Of a stretch of 64,000 nt of DNA, positions 17,660 through 27,284 are shown piece after piece. Numbering within the stretch: the first letter of the stretch is position 1; the number at the start of each line of letters is the position of its first letter. The notes beneath the pieces are model-generated. The model saw only the letters and a list, made by a program, of their open reading frames with translations, was not told the origin of the DNA and did no database searches. The position numbers and the translations under genes are program-made. The stretch comes from Pelagomonas calceolata (Eukaryota), in the NCBI GenBank assembly GCA_918797485.1, contig CAKKNE010000002.1:3348001-3412000 (forward strand), in the 5' to 3' direction.

Positions 17660-18679
17660 CTAGGCGGACGGCTGCGACGCCTTGGGCGTGACCTCGTGGT
17701 TCAGGACCGTGTGCACGTAGAGCTCGTCCTTCGGGTGGTCCTTCTCGCCCTCCTCGAAGCAGTACGACGAGGCGATGGCCAGCTTCGAGCCGTCGGTGTT
17801 GAAGGCCAGCGCCGCGACCGACGTCGGGAAGGGCTGGAGCTGCGCGAGGCGCTTCTTGTGCGCGCCGTCCCAGAGGCTGACGCCGCCGTCGCTCCCGCCC
17901 GTCGCGAACGTCCCCAAGAGCGGGTGGAAGGCGATGGCGTTGACCGGGTAGACGACCTTGCCCGCGCGATGGCACTTGAACGCGTACTTGCGCGCTTGGT
18001 CGCCGTCGGCGAAGTACTCGACGCTCACCCTGCCCTCGATGCTCGAGAGGGCGTAGCCCGTGGCGTCGGGGAAGCACTTGAGGCAGCGCGTCTGGTGCTT
18101 CAGGGAGGACTCGCGGTGCTGGAGCGGCGTGCTCAAGTTGCGCGCGTCGAAGAGGACGACGTGCCTGTCACTCGTACCGACGACGAGCTTCGTGTCCGCC
18201 GCGCCGAAGGCCAGGTCCAGCGCGAAGACCTTTCCCGGCACCTCGGCCGTCGCGACCCGACCATTCGACGCGCGCGGGTCCCAGCCCCCCACGGTCCGGT
18301 CCCACGACCCGCTGAAGACGACGTTGTGCTGCGCGTCGTACTTCAGGCAGCGGACGCCGGCGTCGTGGGCGCCCAGCGCCGCGGCCTGGCCCCCCTGGAG
18401 CGCGCCGTCGACGCGCGCGACGCGCACGCTGCCGTCGACGCAGCCGACGACGGCCGTCGCGTCGTCGCCGGCGAACGTCGCCGCGAGGCAGGCCGTCGGC
18501 TGCGTCGCCGCGGCGACGAGCGGCCGGTCCCGGTTCAAATCGTAGCGCCGGACCGTCGCGTCCCAGGACGCCGCGAGGAGCACGTCCGGGCTTGTCGGGC
18601 TGAACTCGACGCTCGAGATGCCGTCCTCGGGCGGGTCCGCGAGGTTGAGTAAGGGCTGCGGGGCTACGAGATTGGCCAT
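17660..18679 (-). CDS. BUB3: Mitotic checkpoint protein BUB3 (WD40)
   Basis: RESSLKHQTRCL, SSIEGRVSVEY, KYAFKCHR, YPVNAIAFHP, GTFATGGSDG, KKRLAQ. Confidence 0.93.
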   Translation of the reverse strand: MANLVAPQPLLNLADPPEDGISSVEFSPTSPDVLLAASWDATVRRYDLNRDRPLVAAATQPTACLAATFAGDDATAVVGCVDGSVRVARVDGALQGGQAAALGAHDAGVRCLKYDAQHNVVFSGSWDRTVGGWDPRASNGRVATAEVPGKVFALDLAFGAADTKLVVGTSDRHVVLFDARNLSTPLQHRESSLKHQTRCLKCFPDATGYALSSIEGRVSVEYFADGDQARKYAFKCHRAGKVVYPVNAIAFHPLLGTFATGGSDGGVSLWDGAHKKRLAQLQPFPTSVAALAFNTDGSKLAIASSYCFEEGEKDHPKDELYVHTVLNHEVTPKASQPSA

Positions 18680-18856
18680 GCCGATTTGTTTCTTTTTTGT
18701 GGTGACCGGCGACGGCGGCGCGCGGTCCTCGGCAGCGCCCAGCGCTTTGAGCGCCCGCTAGCGTGCGGCGGCTGGCCCTGCGAGCTGCAGATTCACGCGA
18801 GGAGAGCAGCGCTGCCAGTGGCGCAACCTGCTTGTCTCGAGATGCTTGCTTGTGCT

Positions 18857-18880
18857 TGCTAGTGTCTTACAGGCCGCTAG
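18857..18880 (+). promoter_or_regulatory. Recurrent intergenic motif TGCTAGTGTCTTACAGGCCGCTAG (consensus copy)
   Basis: Identical copy at 36202-36225. Near copies at 2539, 3408(-), 12751(-), 13607(-), 16157, 24664(-), 26144, 47295, 49366(-), 53276, 63271. Regulatory function is inferred. Confidence 0.7.
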
Positions 18881-19037
18881 CCACGCGAAGCCTAAACGCG
18901 CGGGGAGATTAACTAGCGTATCGAGTAACACACTAGCACTATTCACTCAGCCGCAAAACGCACGTAAAACCTCCGAAACCAATGATTTGGAGCCAAGCGG
19001 GCGTTAAGAAGCTAAGTGAGTTCATCGAAATGCTCAG

Positions 19038-19823
19038 TTACATGTCAAAGTTCGCGCAGAGCCCGATCGTCGGCGAGATCGGGCGGTGTTCGAGGATCTC
19101 CATCGCGTGAACCTGGAGTTCGCGCTTGCGGTCGTCGCGGTACAATATTATACCGCGAGCGCGGTCGTTCAGCCACACCTCGTCGTCGAAGTCGATGCCG
19201 AGCCAGCTGTGGGGGTGGACTCGGTGATGCGCGAGCGCGTCGCGGCGGGTCAGGAACCGCTCGGCGCAGCACGGGTTCGCGCAGAGCCGCGGCGCGAAGA
19301 GCCGGCGCGGCAGCACGCCGGCGCGGACGTCGCGGCGGAGCGCGCGCTCGGCGCTCAACCGGTGGCGGTAGACGTCGCGCCACGACGCCACCGCCCCCGC
19401 GACCTCGTATGGCCAGCGCGCCGCCACCCGGCGCCGCCAGTCGCCGTCGTGCCGGGCGGCGTTCTTCCAGGCCGCCGCCACGCCGGCGGCGCGCAGCGCG
19501 CGCTTGGCGCTGAGGAAGCCGGCGACGTGGCGCACGCAGTCCTCGGGCAGCGCGACCGTCTGGTCCGGCCGGCGCACGACCGCGCAGCGCGCGTCGTAGC
19601 CTGCCGGGACGTCGGCCTCGGAGCCGTTGTCGAACAGGAGCCGGACGGAGTCGCCGTCGTGGGACCGCACCGTCGCGTCCACGCCCTTGCGCCCGTCGCG
19701 GCGCCGGAGGACGCGCACCGCCTCGCCGGCTGCCCAGGCGCGCGGCGCGAAGGTGGTGGGGGGCGGCGGCGGCGGGCGGCGTGGTTGCTTTGTTTTTTTA
19801 TTCGAAGCTGTGGGGCGGCTCAT
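19038..19823 (-). CDS. F-box protein with N-terminal Tudor/SH3-like region and C2H2 zinc finger
   Basis: LPEDCVRHVAGFLSAKRALRAAGVAAAW (F-box); CANPCCAERF...LAHHRVH (C2H2). ATG at 19823. Confidence 0.7.
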   Translation of the reverse strand: MSRPTASNKKTKQPRRPPPPPPTTFAPRAWAAGEAVRVLRRRDGRKGVDATVRSHDGDSVRLLFDNGSEADVPAGYDARCAVVRRPDQTVALPEDCVRHVAGFLSAKRALRAAGVAAAWKNAARHDGDWRRRVAARWPYEVAGAVASWRDVYRHRLSAERALRRDVRAGVLPRRLFAPRLCANPCCAERFLTRRDALAHHRVHPHSWLGIDFDDEVWLNDRARGIILYRDDRKRELQVHAMEILEHRPISPTIGLCANFDM

Positions 19824-20270
19824 TGGTGGTCGTAATGCTCTCCTTGGGTTCAAGCTCTTCTCTTTATTGGTTTCTTTAGCTGATGAGTGTGTTCAGGGCC
19901 TTGACCGGCGTCGAGGGGCCGCGGCGCCGCGCGGCTGCAACCGGTAAAAGGTATCGTAAGTACCTTATTGTACCTTATACCTACACGGTAGCCCGGCGCT
20001 TGCAGCCAGCTGCGACGAAACCCGGGCGGAAGCCTCGCACCGGCTCGCGGAAGTCCACTAGCGCGTATATATATGCGTTTGGCAAATTGCGGGTTTGCGC
20101 ATTGCACCACGATTTTTGCGAGCATAGAGTTCACAAAGCGCAGCCCTCGGCAGCCCGGTCTGCCCCGTTTTACCTTTCGTCACTTCTCCAAGCGCCAGCG
20201 CGTGCGCAGCCGCGAGAACCAGCGCAAGCTGCGGCAGCAGAGGCAAAAAGCCAAAGTCTAGCACAGACAC

Positions 20271-20786
20271 ATGTTTCGCGGACGCGGAAACATCCCCCAC
20301 GGCCCCGGACGCGGAAACGCTGTTGGCGGCCGCGGCCGCGGCGGCCGCGGCCGCGGCCGCGGGCACGGGCAGAGGCGGCGGCTGCGGGTAAAGTGCGAGA
20401 TCTGCTGGCGCTGCGGCGGCGCGAAGGAGCGCCTGCCGGGCTGCGGCGGCGAGTACTGCCGGAGCTGCGGCGACCGCGCGAACGCCGTCATCGCGTCGGA
20501 CCTGCGCCGGCGGCAGCGGCGGCGGCGCGAGCTGACGGAGCTCCTGCCCGAGGTCTTCCGGGCCTACCGCGCGCCGCCCGACGTCGTGGGCGTCGTGCTG
20601 CGCTTCGTGGGCTACGACCTGCCCGGGACGGCGCGGCCGCCGGACCGCGACAACCGCCTCGAGCCCTTCCTCCAGGTCGAACGCATTTACTCAGACACGC
20701 CCTATGGAAGCGACAACCCGCCGGCGCCAGTACTACTGCCGGCGCCGCCGGCGCCGCCGGGCCCCGCCCCCCCGCATAACACATAG
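20271..20786 (+). CDS. Hypothetical protein with RGG-rich N-terminus and Cys cluster
   Basis: GRGRGGRGRGRG; CEIC..C...C....CRSC; ATG start, coding-like composition. Confidence 0.55.
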   Translation: MFRGRGNIPHGPGRGNAVGGRGRGGRGRGRGHGQRRRLRVKCEICWRCGGAKERLPGCGGEYCRSCGDRANAVIASDLRRRQRRRRELTELLPEVFRAYRAPPDVVGVVLRFVGYDLPGTARPPDRDNRLEPFLQVERIYSDTPYGSDNPPAPVLLPAPPAPPGPAPPHNT

Positions 20787-20791
20787 ACAAC

Positions 20792-22459
20792 CTACTCTTT
20801 CCTGGCCGATAACAGGGCATCCACGATATGCGCCTTCTCCAGCGCCGTGGAAACGTCCACGCCTCTTTCGCGGGCGAGCTTCTTGAGCTGGCCCACGGAG
20901 AGTTCCAACAACTCTTCCCTCGACGCGGGCTCCGGCGCAGCGGGGGCGGGAGCGGCCGACGGGGCCGCTGCCCCGCCAATGGTGTCCCGGAGCGCCTGCA
21001 CGGCGTTCCCGGAGTACCCGGACGCGGCGGCTGCCGCGCGGAAGGCGCGGCCGACGATCGCGAGGCCCCGCGCGCGCGCCAGCCGCGTCTCCCGCGGGGC
21101 GCCGTGGTCGTTGAGGACCTTGTGGCACGCGACGCGCAGCGTCGTCTCCACGTCCACGACGGTGAGCCGCCACATGACCTCGAGCATCGAGAGCGTCAGT
21201 TCGGACTCGCGTTTCTGCTTGGACGCCGCGGCGGCCGCCGCGTCGAGCGTCGCCTCGCGCTTTTCCGCGCACCGCGCCGCGAGCGACCGGCCGCCCGCTT
21301 TGCCGAGCGACCGCGCCGTCGCGAGGCGCGTGCCGAGCGCGTGCGCGCGCCGCCGCAGCGCGAAGGCGCCGCGGGCCCCGGCGCCGCGCGCGGCCCGGGC
21401 CCCGCCCGCCATCTCGTAGGCGTAGCCGACGACGTCCAGCAGCGCCGCGCCGAACGCGTTCGAGGCCAGGTCCTGCGCGAGCGGCTTCAACGAAACCTCG
21501 AACGCCGCCTCGTCCAAGCGCCCGGACGCGTAGGGATCCAGGAGGTCGACGACTTTCGCCGCGCAGCCGACCTCGCGCTTCCGCTGGAGGTAGGCGCGCT
21601 CCTCGTCCGGCACGTCCGTGTCGTCCTGCTCCTCCTGCGCGAGCTGGGCCAGCTGCAGCTCGCCGACGAAGTCCTCGAACTTCGCCGACCCGAAGACGAC
21701 GGCGAAGAGCGTCGTCGAGTCGAGCGCCGGGACGTCGCCCGCGTCGCCGGACGCGTCGTAGCGAGCCCGCGCCTGCGGGTTCGACAGGACCTGGTAGGCC
21801 GCGCCTATTTTTTGAAACTTCGCGGCCGCGTCGGCGTCGCCGGGGTGCTTGTCCGGGTGGCACTGGAGCGCCTTCTTGTAGTAGCTCTTCTTGATCCGGG
21901 CCGCGGACGCGTCCGGCGGCACGTCCAGGACGTCGTAGAACTCCGTCGAGGCGACGTTTGTGGAAGGGGCGAAGAGGCCGCTCCCCTTCTTGAAGGCGGC
22001 CTTCTCCTCCCTCTGTCGCTTGCGCGCGGCGGCGAACGCGGCGTCGGGGTCGATCGCGTCGACCGCGTCCCTCTCCCGCCCGAGGTCGTAGAACTGCCAC
22101 GACGTGCCGTCCCACTCCTTGCCCACGACCGTGGCTTGGATCGCGACCGGCGTCGCTCCAATCCCCCTGCCTAGGTCGTAGACGCCCTGCGCGACGCCGA
22201 TCAGGGGCAGCGCCACGAGCCCGACGACGCCCTGCGCGCAGCCGCCCGCGAACCCTTTGATGCCGCTCTCGCGCGCCCCCATCACCGGCGCCGCCAGCGT
22301 CATGGCCACGCCGCCGACCGCCCCCACCAACACGCTCCGGATGCACCGATACAGGCCGTCGCCCGCGTGCCGCGGCGGCGTCTTCGAGCCGATGCCCACG
22401 GCCGTGAGGTCGAACGTCTCCTCGTCCTCCTTTTTCTCCTCTTCAGCCCTCATTTCCAT
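20792..22459 (-). CDS. J-domain + DnaJ-X domain protein (Caj1/Djp1-like); true start probably 22563 across a 1-bp frameshift
   Basis: FYDVLDV...IKKSYYKKALQCHPDK...AYQVLSNPQARARYD; FGSAKFEDFVGEL; DVETTLRVACHKVL...RARGL (DnaJ-X). Confidence 0.88.
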   Translation of the reverse strand: MEMRAEEEKKEDEETFDLTAVGIGSKTPPRHAGDGLYRCIRSVLVGAVGGVAMTLAAPVMGARESGIKGFAGGCAQGVVGLVALPLIGVAQGVYDLGRGIGATPVAIQATVVGKEWDGTSWQFYDLGRERDAVDAIDPDAAFAAARKRQREEKAAFKKGSGLFAPSTNVASTEFYDVLDVPPDASAARIKKSYYKKALQCHPDKHPGDADAAAKFQKIGAAYQVLSNPQARARYDASGDAGDVPALDSTTLFAVVFGSAKFEDFVGELQLAQLAQEEQDDTDVPDEERAYLQRKREVGCAAKVVDLLDPYASGRLDEAAFEVSLKPLAQDLASNAFGAALLDVVGYAYEMAGGARAARGAGARGAFALRRRAHALGTRLATARSLGKAGGRSLAARCAEKREATLDAAAAAASKQKRESELTLSMLEVMWRLTVVDVETTLRVACHKVLNDHGAPRETRLARARGLAIVGRAFRAAAAASGYSGNAVQALRDTIGGAAAPSAAPAPAAPEPASREELLELSVGQLKKLARERGVDVSTALEKAHIVDALLSARKE

Positions 22460-22897
22460 TGATGTTTGGAGGCGCTGGGCCTCGGCCAGGCCGCCTGGAG
22501 CTCCCTGAGTTGCTCCTGCTGCTCGCGCACTTGTCGCGCCAGGTCCTCGTCGTCGTCGGCCATGGCTGAGGCTGCCCTGAGGCTGCCAATTTTATGCTGG
22601 CTCGGCTGCGAAGGCCAGCGCCGGAGGGGGTGTGTACTACAGGCTGATGTGTGTGGTCGCCTGGATCAGGCCTACGGCGAACCGGTCCGGGGCCCGAGCG
22701 AGACCTGCAGCGCGTTCGCCGCAATGAGCAGTGCCGCCGTCGCGACTCGCGACCAGGGCCTATAAACGTAATCGTAACCTTAGTAGTCGGAGGGGAGGGG
22801 TCGCGCGGGGAAAGGGATGGGGGAGGGAAGGGGTAAGGGCGGGGTAGGACGGGGGAAGGGGAGGGGGTCGACTCGGTTACTGGGGGTGCTGCCCGCG

Positions 22898-23342
22898 GCG
22901 CGGCCCCGGGGCCGGCACCGTCGACCGCGGTCGGGTACCACCCACGTGCAAGACCCTCCCTTCTACCGACTACAAGAGCTCCGGGTGGTCTGAGATAGTG
23001 GTCGAAATCCGGGGTCCGACTACTTCCCGACTACTTCAGCCAGGGGGCCGGGGCCTTCCCACGCTGCCCAGTTCATCCTGGGGCCGTTACCAGGCCATGT
23101 CTAGGTCAAAGGACCAGTAAATGGAGCCTCGGATACATTTCCGGGCGTGGTATCGCCGAAAGTACCAAAATTTTGCGGGTATGGATAATTCCTAGGAACT
23201 CGGGGGATTGATCCAGCTCGGAGAGATACGTCGAAAACCGGTCTAAAACTAGACCGACTAGAAGACGACTACGAAGGCCTCTGAGGCGTCGCACGTGGGT
23301 GGTACCCCCACGCGGTCGACCGTGCCGGCCCCGGGGGCGCGG
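22898..23342. repeat. Foldback/MITE-like element with ~52-bp imperfect inverted arms
   Basis: 22898-22949 is the reverse complement of 23291-23342 (about 46/52 by hand). The ~340-bp interior is non-coding and less GC-rich. Confidence 0.75.
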
Positions 23343-23865
23343 CGGCGTCAGGTACTAGGTGTCCATCGGACCATCGCGTGGCCCGCACGTGCGCTCGAAG
23401 AAGTCCGGAGACTCCGACACGCGGCGGCGCACGCGGGACCGCTCCTGGGCCGCGGCTTCGGCCGCGGCTGCGGCGCCGCGGCCGTCGTGGCCGAAGAGGC
23501 CGCGGAAGATGCCGTCGGGCGCCGCGGCGCGGGGCCACCGACCGGCGCGAGGAGAGACATTCGATCGTGGATGGCGCAGGCGCCGTCGACAGTGGTGCGT
23601 TCACCAGCTCTTTGCGGGGCGCTTCCAAGGCAACGACCGAGCCTATCAAAAGCGGAGAGTCGGTGTGAAAACCACGCCGTCGCGACGTTGTATGAACGGA
23701 GCGAAAGGTGAGTGGGTAGGCGGCGCTCGAGGTCAGCGCATGAGATCGAAAAACGCAAACGGATCCGCAACCAGACGCGCAGCGAACGCAGTGCTCGAAA
23801 GCGCCAGCGCGAACGTTGTTCGTAAGGAGTAACTATACATAAATAAAATTTCTATCAGTCTTTAC

Positions 23866-24543
23866 CTAACGAGGTGCCGCAGCGGCAGCAAGCAGCGCCC
23901 CAAGCGCGTCGATGCAGTCCGACAGGGCAACGACGACGTCGAGCCCCGGGTCGGCGCTCGTCTGGCGGCGCTCGGCGGCGTTGTTCGCCATCGACGGCCC
24001 GCCCGGCACGACAAAGATCAAACCAGTCGCCGTCAGGGCGCCGACGGCAGCGGTGGAAAGCTCGGACGGCCGGTCGGCGGCGGTCTGGGCGCGGGCGAAT
24101 GCGCGGCTCGCCCGCGAGAGCGCCTCCTGCGCGACGAAGGCGTCCGGCGCGGAGTCAACCAGCACGGTGCCCGAAAGCCGCAGCGTCCGCTCGGTCACGG
24201 TCTCGCGCAGCCGCGAAAAGACGGCGTCGCCGGGGTCGCCTTGCTCCGCCGCCCGCCGCGCGTCGCGCAGCGCGTCCACAGCCTCCGCGACGGCGCTACG
24301 CGCCGCGGCCACGTCGCCCGGCAGCGCGTCGGGGTCGCGCGTCGGCTTCACGTACACCATGTTTCCCGTCTCCCAGAACTGGCCCTTGAGATTGAGCGGG
24401 TTGAACGGCTTCTCGGCGCACGCCGGCAACGCGGCGGCCGCGGTCGCGGCAGCGGCGGCCTCGCAGAGCGTGCGCCGCGCCATCGGTGCGAGAGCTGTCG
24501 TCGTCTGGAGTGCCACGAGGAATAAACTCGTGCGGAGCAGCAT
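23866..24543 (-). CDS. Hypothetical protein, probably plastid/thylakoid-lumen targeted
   Basis: Signal peptide MLLRTSLFLVALQTTTA-LAP followed by RR + Ala-rich stretch + ACA cleavage-like motif (Tat-like). Confidence 0.6.
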   Translation of the reverse strand: MLLRTSLFLVALQTTTALAPMARRTLCEAAAAATAAAALPACAEKPFNPLNLKGQFWETGNMVYVKPTRDPDALPGDVAAARSAVAEAVDALRDARRAAEQGDPGDAVFSRLRETVTERTLRLSGTVLVDSAPDAFVAQEALSRASRAFARAQTAADRPSELSTAAVGALTATGLIFVVPGGPSMANNAAERRQTSADPGLDVVVALSDCIDALGALLAAAAAPR

Positions 24544-24765
24544 GGCTGCAGGCTGGTGCAGCTGGGCTGGTGCTGCACGCAAAAGCACAGCCAACAAGAG
24601 TCGCTAATTGAACTATCGCTGCTGCAGCTCGGATTGGAGCACCCAGGCTGCTAAAATCATGGGCTAGCGGCCTGTAAAGACACTAGCAAACAGGCACGGG
24701 TTTCTCGCGCCGCCAGCCCAAAAAAGGCAGCCCCCACGCACGCCACCGCAGCAAGAGCAAGCACA

Positions 24766-25635
24766 ATGTGCTGGAACCAGCAGACCTCGGCGGCCTTCAC
24801 GGCCCTGGGCCTCGCCGCCGCCTGGGCCGTCCACCGGGCGACGGGAAACACAAAGATGACGGCCGCCATCCTCTTCTTCTGCCTCATGGAGCTCCTGCAG
24901 TCGGTGCAGTACTTTTTTATTGCGGACCGGCTGGGGGACCCGGCATGCTTCAATAAAATAAACCAAATCTTAACGCTCGTCGGGTACTTGCACATCCAGC
25001 TCCAGCCCTACTTCACGAACCTCTACCTGCAGGCCTTCCGGCCGAGCACGGGCAAGGCCAAGAAGAACGAGCACGTCGCCTGGGCCCTCGTGCAGAAGCT
25101 GTGCCTGGCGCAGTGCGCGCTCGGCCTTTCGAGGGTTCTACTCTCGCCGTCGCTCTGGGACCGGTCCCGGCTCTCCGCCCAAGAGGAATCCTACTACGCG
25201 GCGACGCGGGACTGGCTCGAGGGCCCGGAGCTCTGCACGTACCGGGGCGCCGTCCACCTCGCGTGGTCGATCCCGCTCCAGCGGCCGGGCTACTTCGTGC
25301 CCGCGATGGGCCTCCACGCGTTCCTGATGTTCGTGCCGGTCCTGTGCATCGGGGGCCTCGCGGAATTAGATTCCGTGGCCTTCCTCATGGGCACGGGACC
25401 CATATTATCGATGTACCTCACGCGCAACGCGCACGAGCAGGCCTCGATCTGGTGCTTTTTTAGCACGATGCAGTGCGCCATCGGCGCGGCGTCGGCCGTG
25501 CTCCAGCACCGCTCCGCCTCGTCAAAAACGCCTCAAAACCCCTACGAGACGCGGCCCCGTTTGAAGAACACGGCGACGCCGTCGAAGCAGCCCGCGCGCC
25601 GCGCGCGGAAAGCTGTCGACTACAGCGAGGACTAA
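24766..25635 (+). CDS. Multi-pass membrane protein, DUF5765-like
   Basis: N-terminal MCWN..S, MELLQ, HIQLQP, HLAW, E.ASIWC motifs; several hydrophobic helices. Confidence 0.7.
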   Translation: MCWNQQTSAAFTALGLAAAWAVHRATGNTKMTAAILFFCLMELLQSVQYFFIADRLGDPACFNKINQILTLVGYLHIQLQPYFTNLYLQAFRPSTGKAKKNEHVAWALVQKLCLAQCALGLSRVLLSPSLWDRSRLSAQEESYYAATRDWLEGPELCTYRGAVHLAWSIPLQRPGYFVPAMGLHAFLMFVPVLCIGGLAELDSVAFLMGTGPILSMYLTRNAHEQASIWCFFSTMQCAIGAASAVLQHRSASSKTPQNPYETRPRLKNTATPSKQPARRARKAVDYSED

Positions 25636-25637
25636 CT

Positions 25638-25943
25638 TTAATCTGAGGGCTTATACACGACGGCCCCCCGCTCGAAGGTCACGACGGCGCGCTTGTAGTT
25701 CGGCCGGCTCACGTGGAACATGGCGCGCTTGCCCTGGATGCGCCGGTACCCGCCATAAAAGTTGTCGGTCATGACCTTCTTCACGGGCAACCCATAAATG
25801 GTTTGGAGGTACTCCTTCACCTCGAGCTTGTTCATCCGCGGCGCTATCCTAAAGACGGCCTGCACCGGCCGCGTCTTGTGGCCGAGGAAGCGCACATTAA
25901 TCAAGGTCATGAAGAGGTTCGGGAAGAACTCGAAGCGCGGCAT
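25638..25943 (-). CDS. Mitochondrial-type ribosomal protein uL23
   Basis: FFPN...VFRIAPRMNKLEVKEYLQTIYGLPVKKVMT...YKRAVVT. Confidence 0.85.
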   Translation of the reverse strand: MPRFEFFPNLFMTLINVRFLGHKTRPVQAVFRIAPRMNKLEVKEYLQTIYGLPVKKVMTDNFYGGYRRIQGKRAMFHVSRPNYKRAVVTFERGAVVYKPSD

Positions 25944-26294
25944 CGCTGCGTCGGCGTCCCGCGCGCTCGACGCTGCCGCAGGGCCGGTGTTGCGCCTCAG
26001 CGCTTGCACAGCGATCGCGAAAACGTCGCTACGAGTTATGCGTATACTGTAGTCTCCTTGGTCCTGGGTGCAGCGGTGAGTTCTGCACTGCTGCGCTGCT
26101 TACAGTAAGCTGAGCTGAGCAGACGGGTTTGCTTGCTAGGTGCCTAGTGTCTTACAGGCCGCTAGCTGCAGGGCGCGGCGCGGGGGCTCATTTTAGCGTG
26201 CCAGGGGCGAAAAGGTGACAGGGACAACGCTGTTTGGGCTTAGTGGTACGCTGAGGCATAACCGAACAAGCGGTGCGGGCTAGCACGACACCTA

Positions 26295-27281
26295 ATGGGC
26301 GCCAAGCGCGAGCCGCAGCGGCGCTGGCACCGCAAGCTCGCCGCCGCCGCGTGCGCACTAGCGCTGGCCACGCTCGCGCTGCGCTTGGCCGCGTCGCGGC
26401 CGGGCGCCGCGCAGCACTGGCTCGCGTCGGTCAACATCGAACAACGAGCGGGCGTGCCCCGGAGGTGCGGCTCCGACGGGCGAGCCACTTATGCGTGGAT
26501 GAACCCGGTCCAATTCAACCGGACGTTCACGCGCGCGCGGGGCACGGCGCTGTTTCTGGTGGGCTGCGGCCACTCGGGGACGACGCCGCTGACCGCGCTG
26601 CTGCAGCGCCACCCCGGCGTCTTCGTCTACGCGCCGTCCGCGGACCTGGAGTACGCGATCAAGCCGGACAGCTTCTCCCCACTACTGGGGTCGTCTCAAA
26701 ACGACCGGGCGACCTTGGACCGCCTCGCACGCGGCAACGCGTGGCTCGTGAAGAGTCCCTCGAACGTCTGCCGGCTGGGCTACATCCTGATGCACGTGCC
26801 GTCGGCGCGCGTCGTCGCGTTGGTGAGAGACGGGCGCGACGTCATGTTGAGTTTGATGGAGCGGTACCCGGACGCGGACCCCGCGGGCGACTTGTGTCTC
26901 GGGCGGTGGGTCCACGACAACACTGCATTATTACTGTACGAGCGGGACCCGCGGCTCCTGATCGAGCGGTACGAGGACCTCTTCGAGGGCGCGCCGCGGT
27001 ACCCGTCCCTCCGGCGGATTTTGGGGCACTACGGCGTCACCTATGATAACGTCGCGGACCTGATGGCGCGCCCCGCGAGCGACGCGCATGGGTCCACGTC
27101 CGCCAAGGCGTCCGCGGCGCACACGCGCCTGCGCGCGCAACAGGTGTCGAAGCCGCTCCGCACGGCCGCGCCGCGCTGGCCCGCGGAGCTGAGCCCCGCC
27201 CTGAAGCGGACCTTCAAGCGGGACAAGGCGGCCGTGAGGCTGCTCGTGCGGTTCGGCTACGCGAACGATAGTAATTGGTAA
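26295..27281 (+). CDS. Sulfotransferase-family protein (type II membrane anchor)
   Basis: 5'-PSB loop GCGHSGTT, KSP, 3'-PB motif VRDGRDVMLS, RYEDL. Confidence 0.8.
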   Translation: MGAKREPQRRWHRKLAAAACALALATLALRLAASRPGAAQHWLASVNIEQRAGVPRRCGSDGRATYAWMNPVQFNRTFTRARGTALFLVGCGHSGTTPLTALLQRHPGVFVYAPSADLEYAIKPDSFSPLLGSSQNDRATLDRLARGNAWLVKSPSNVCRLGYILMHVPSARVVALVRDGRDVMLSLMERYPDADPAGDLCLGRWVHDNTALLLYERDPRLLIERYEDLFEGAPRYPSLRRILGHYGVTYDNVADLMARPASDAHGSTSAKASAAHTRLRAQQVSKPLRTAAPRWPAELSPALKRTFKRDKAAVRLLVRFGYANDSNW

Positions 27282-27284
27282 TTG

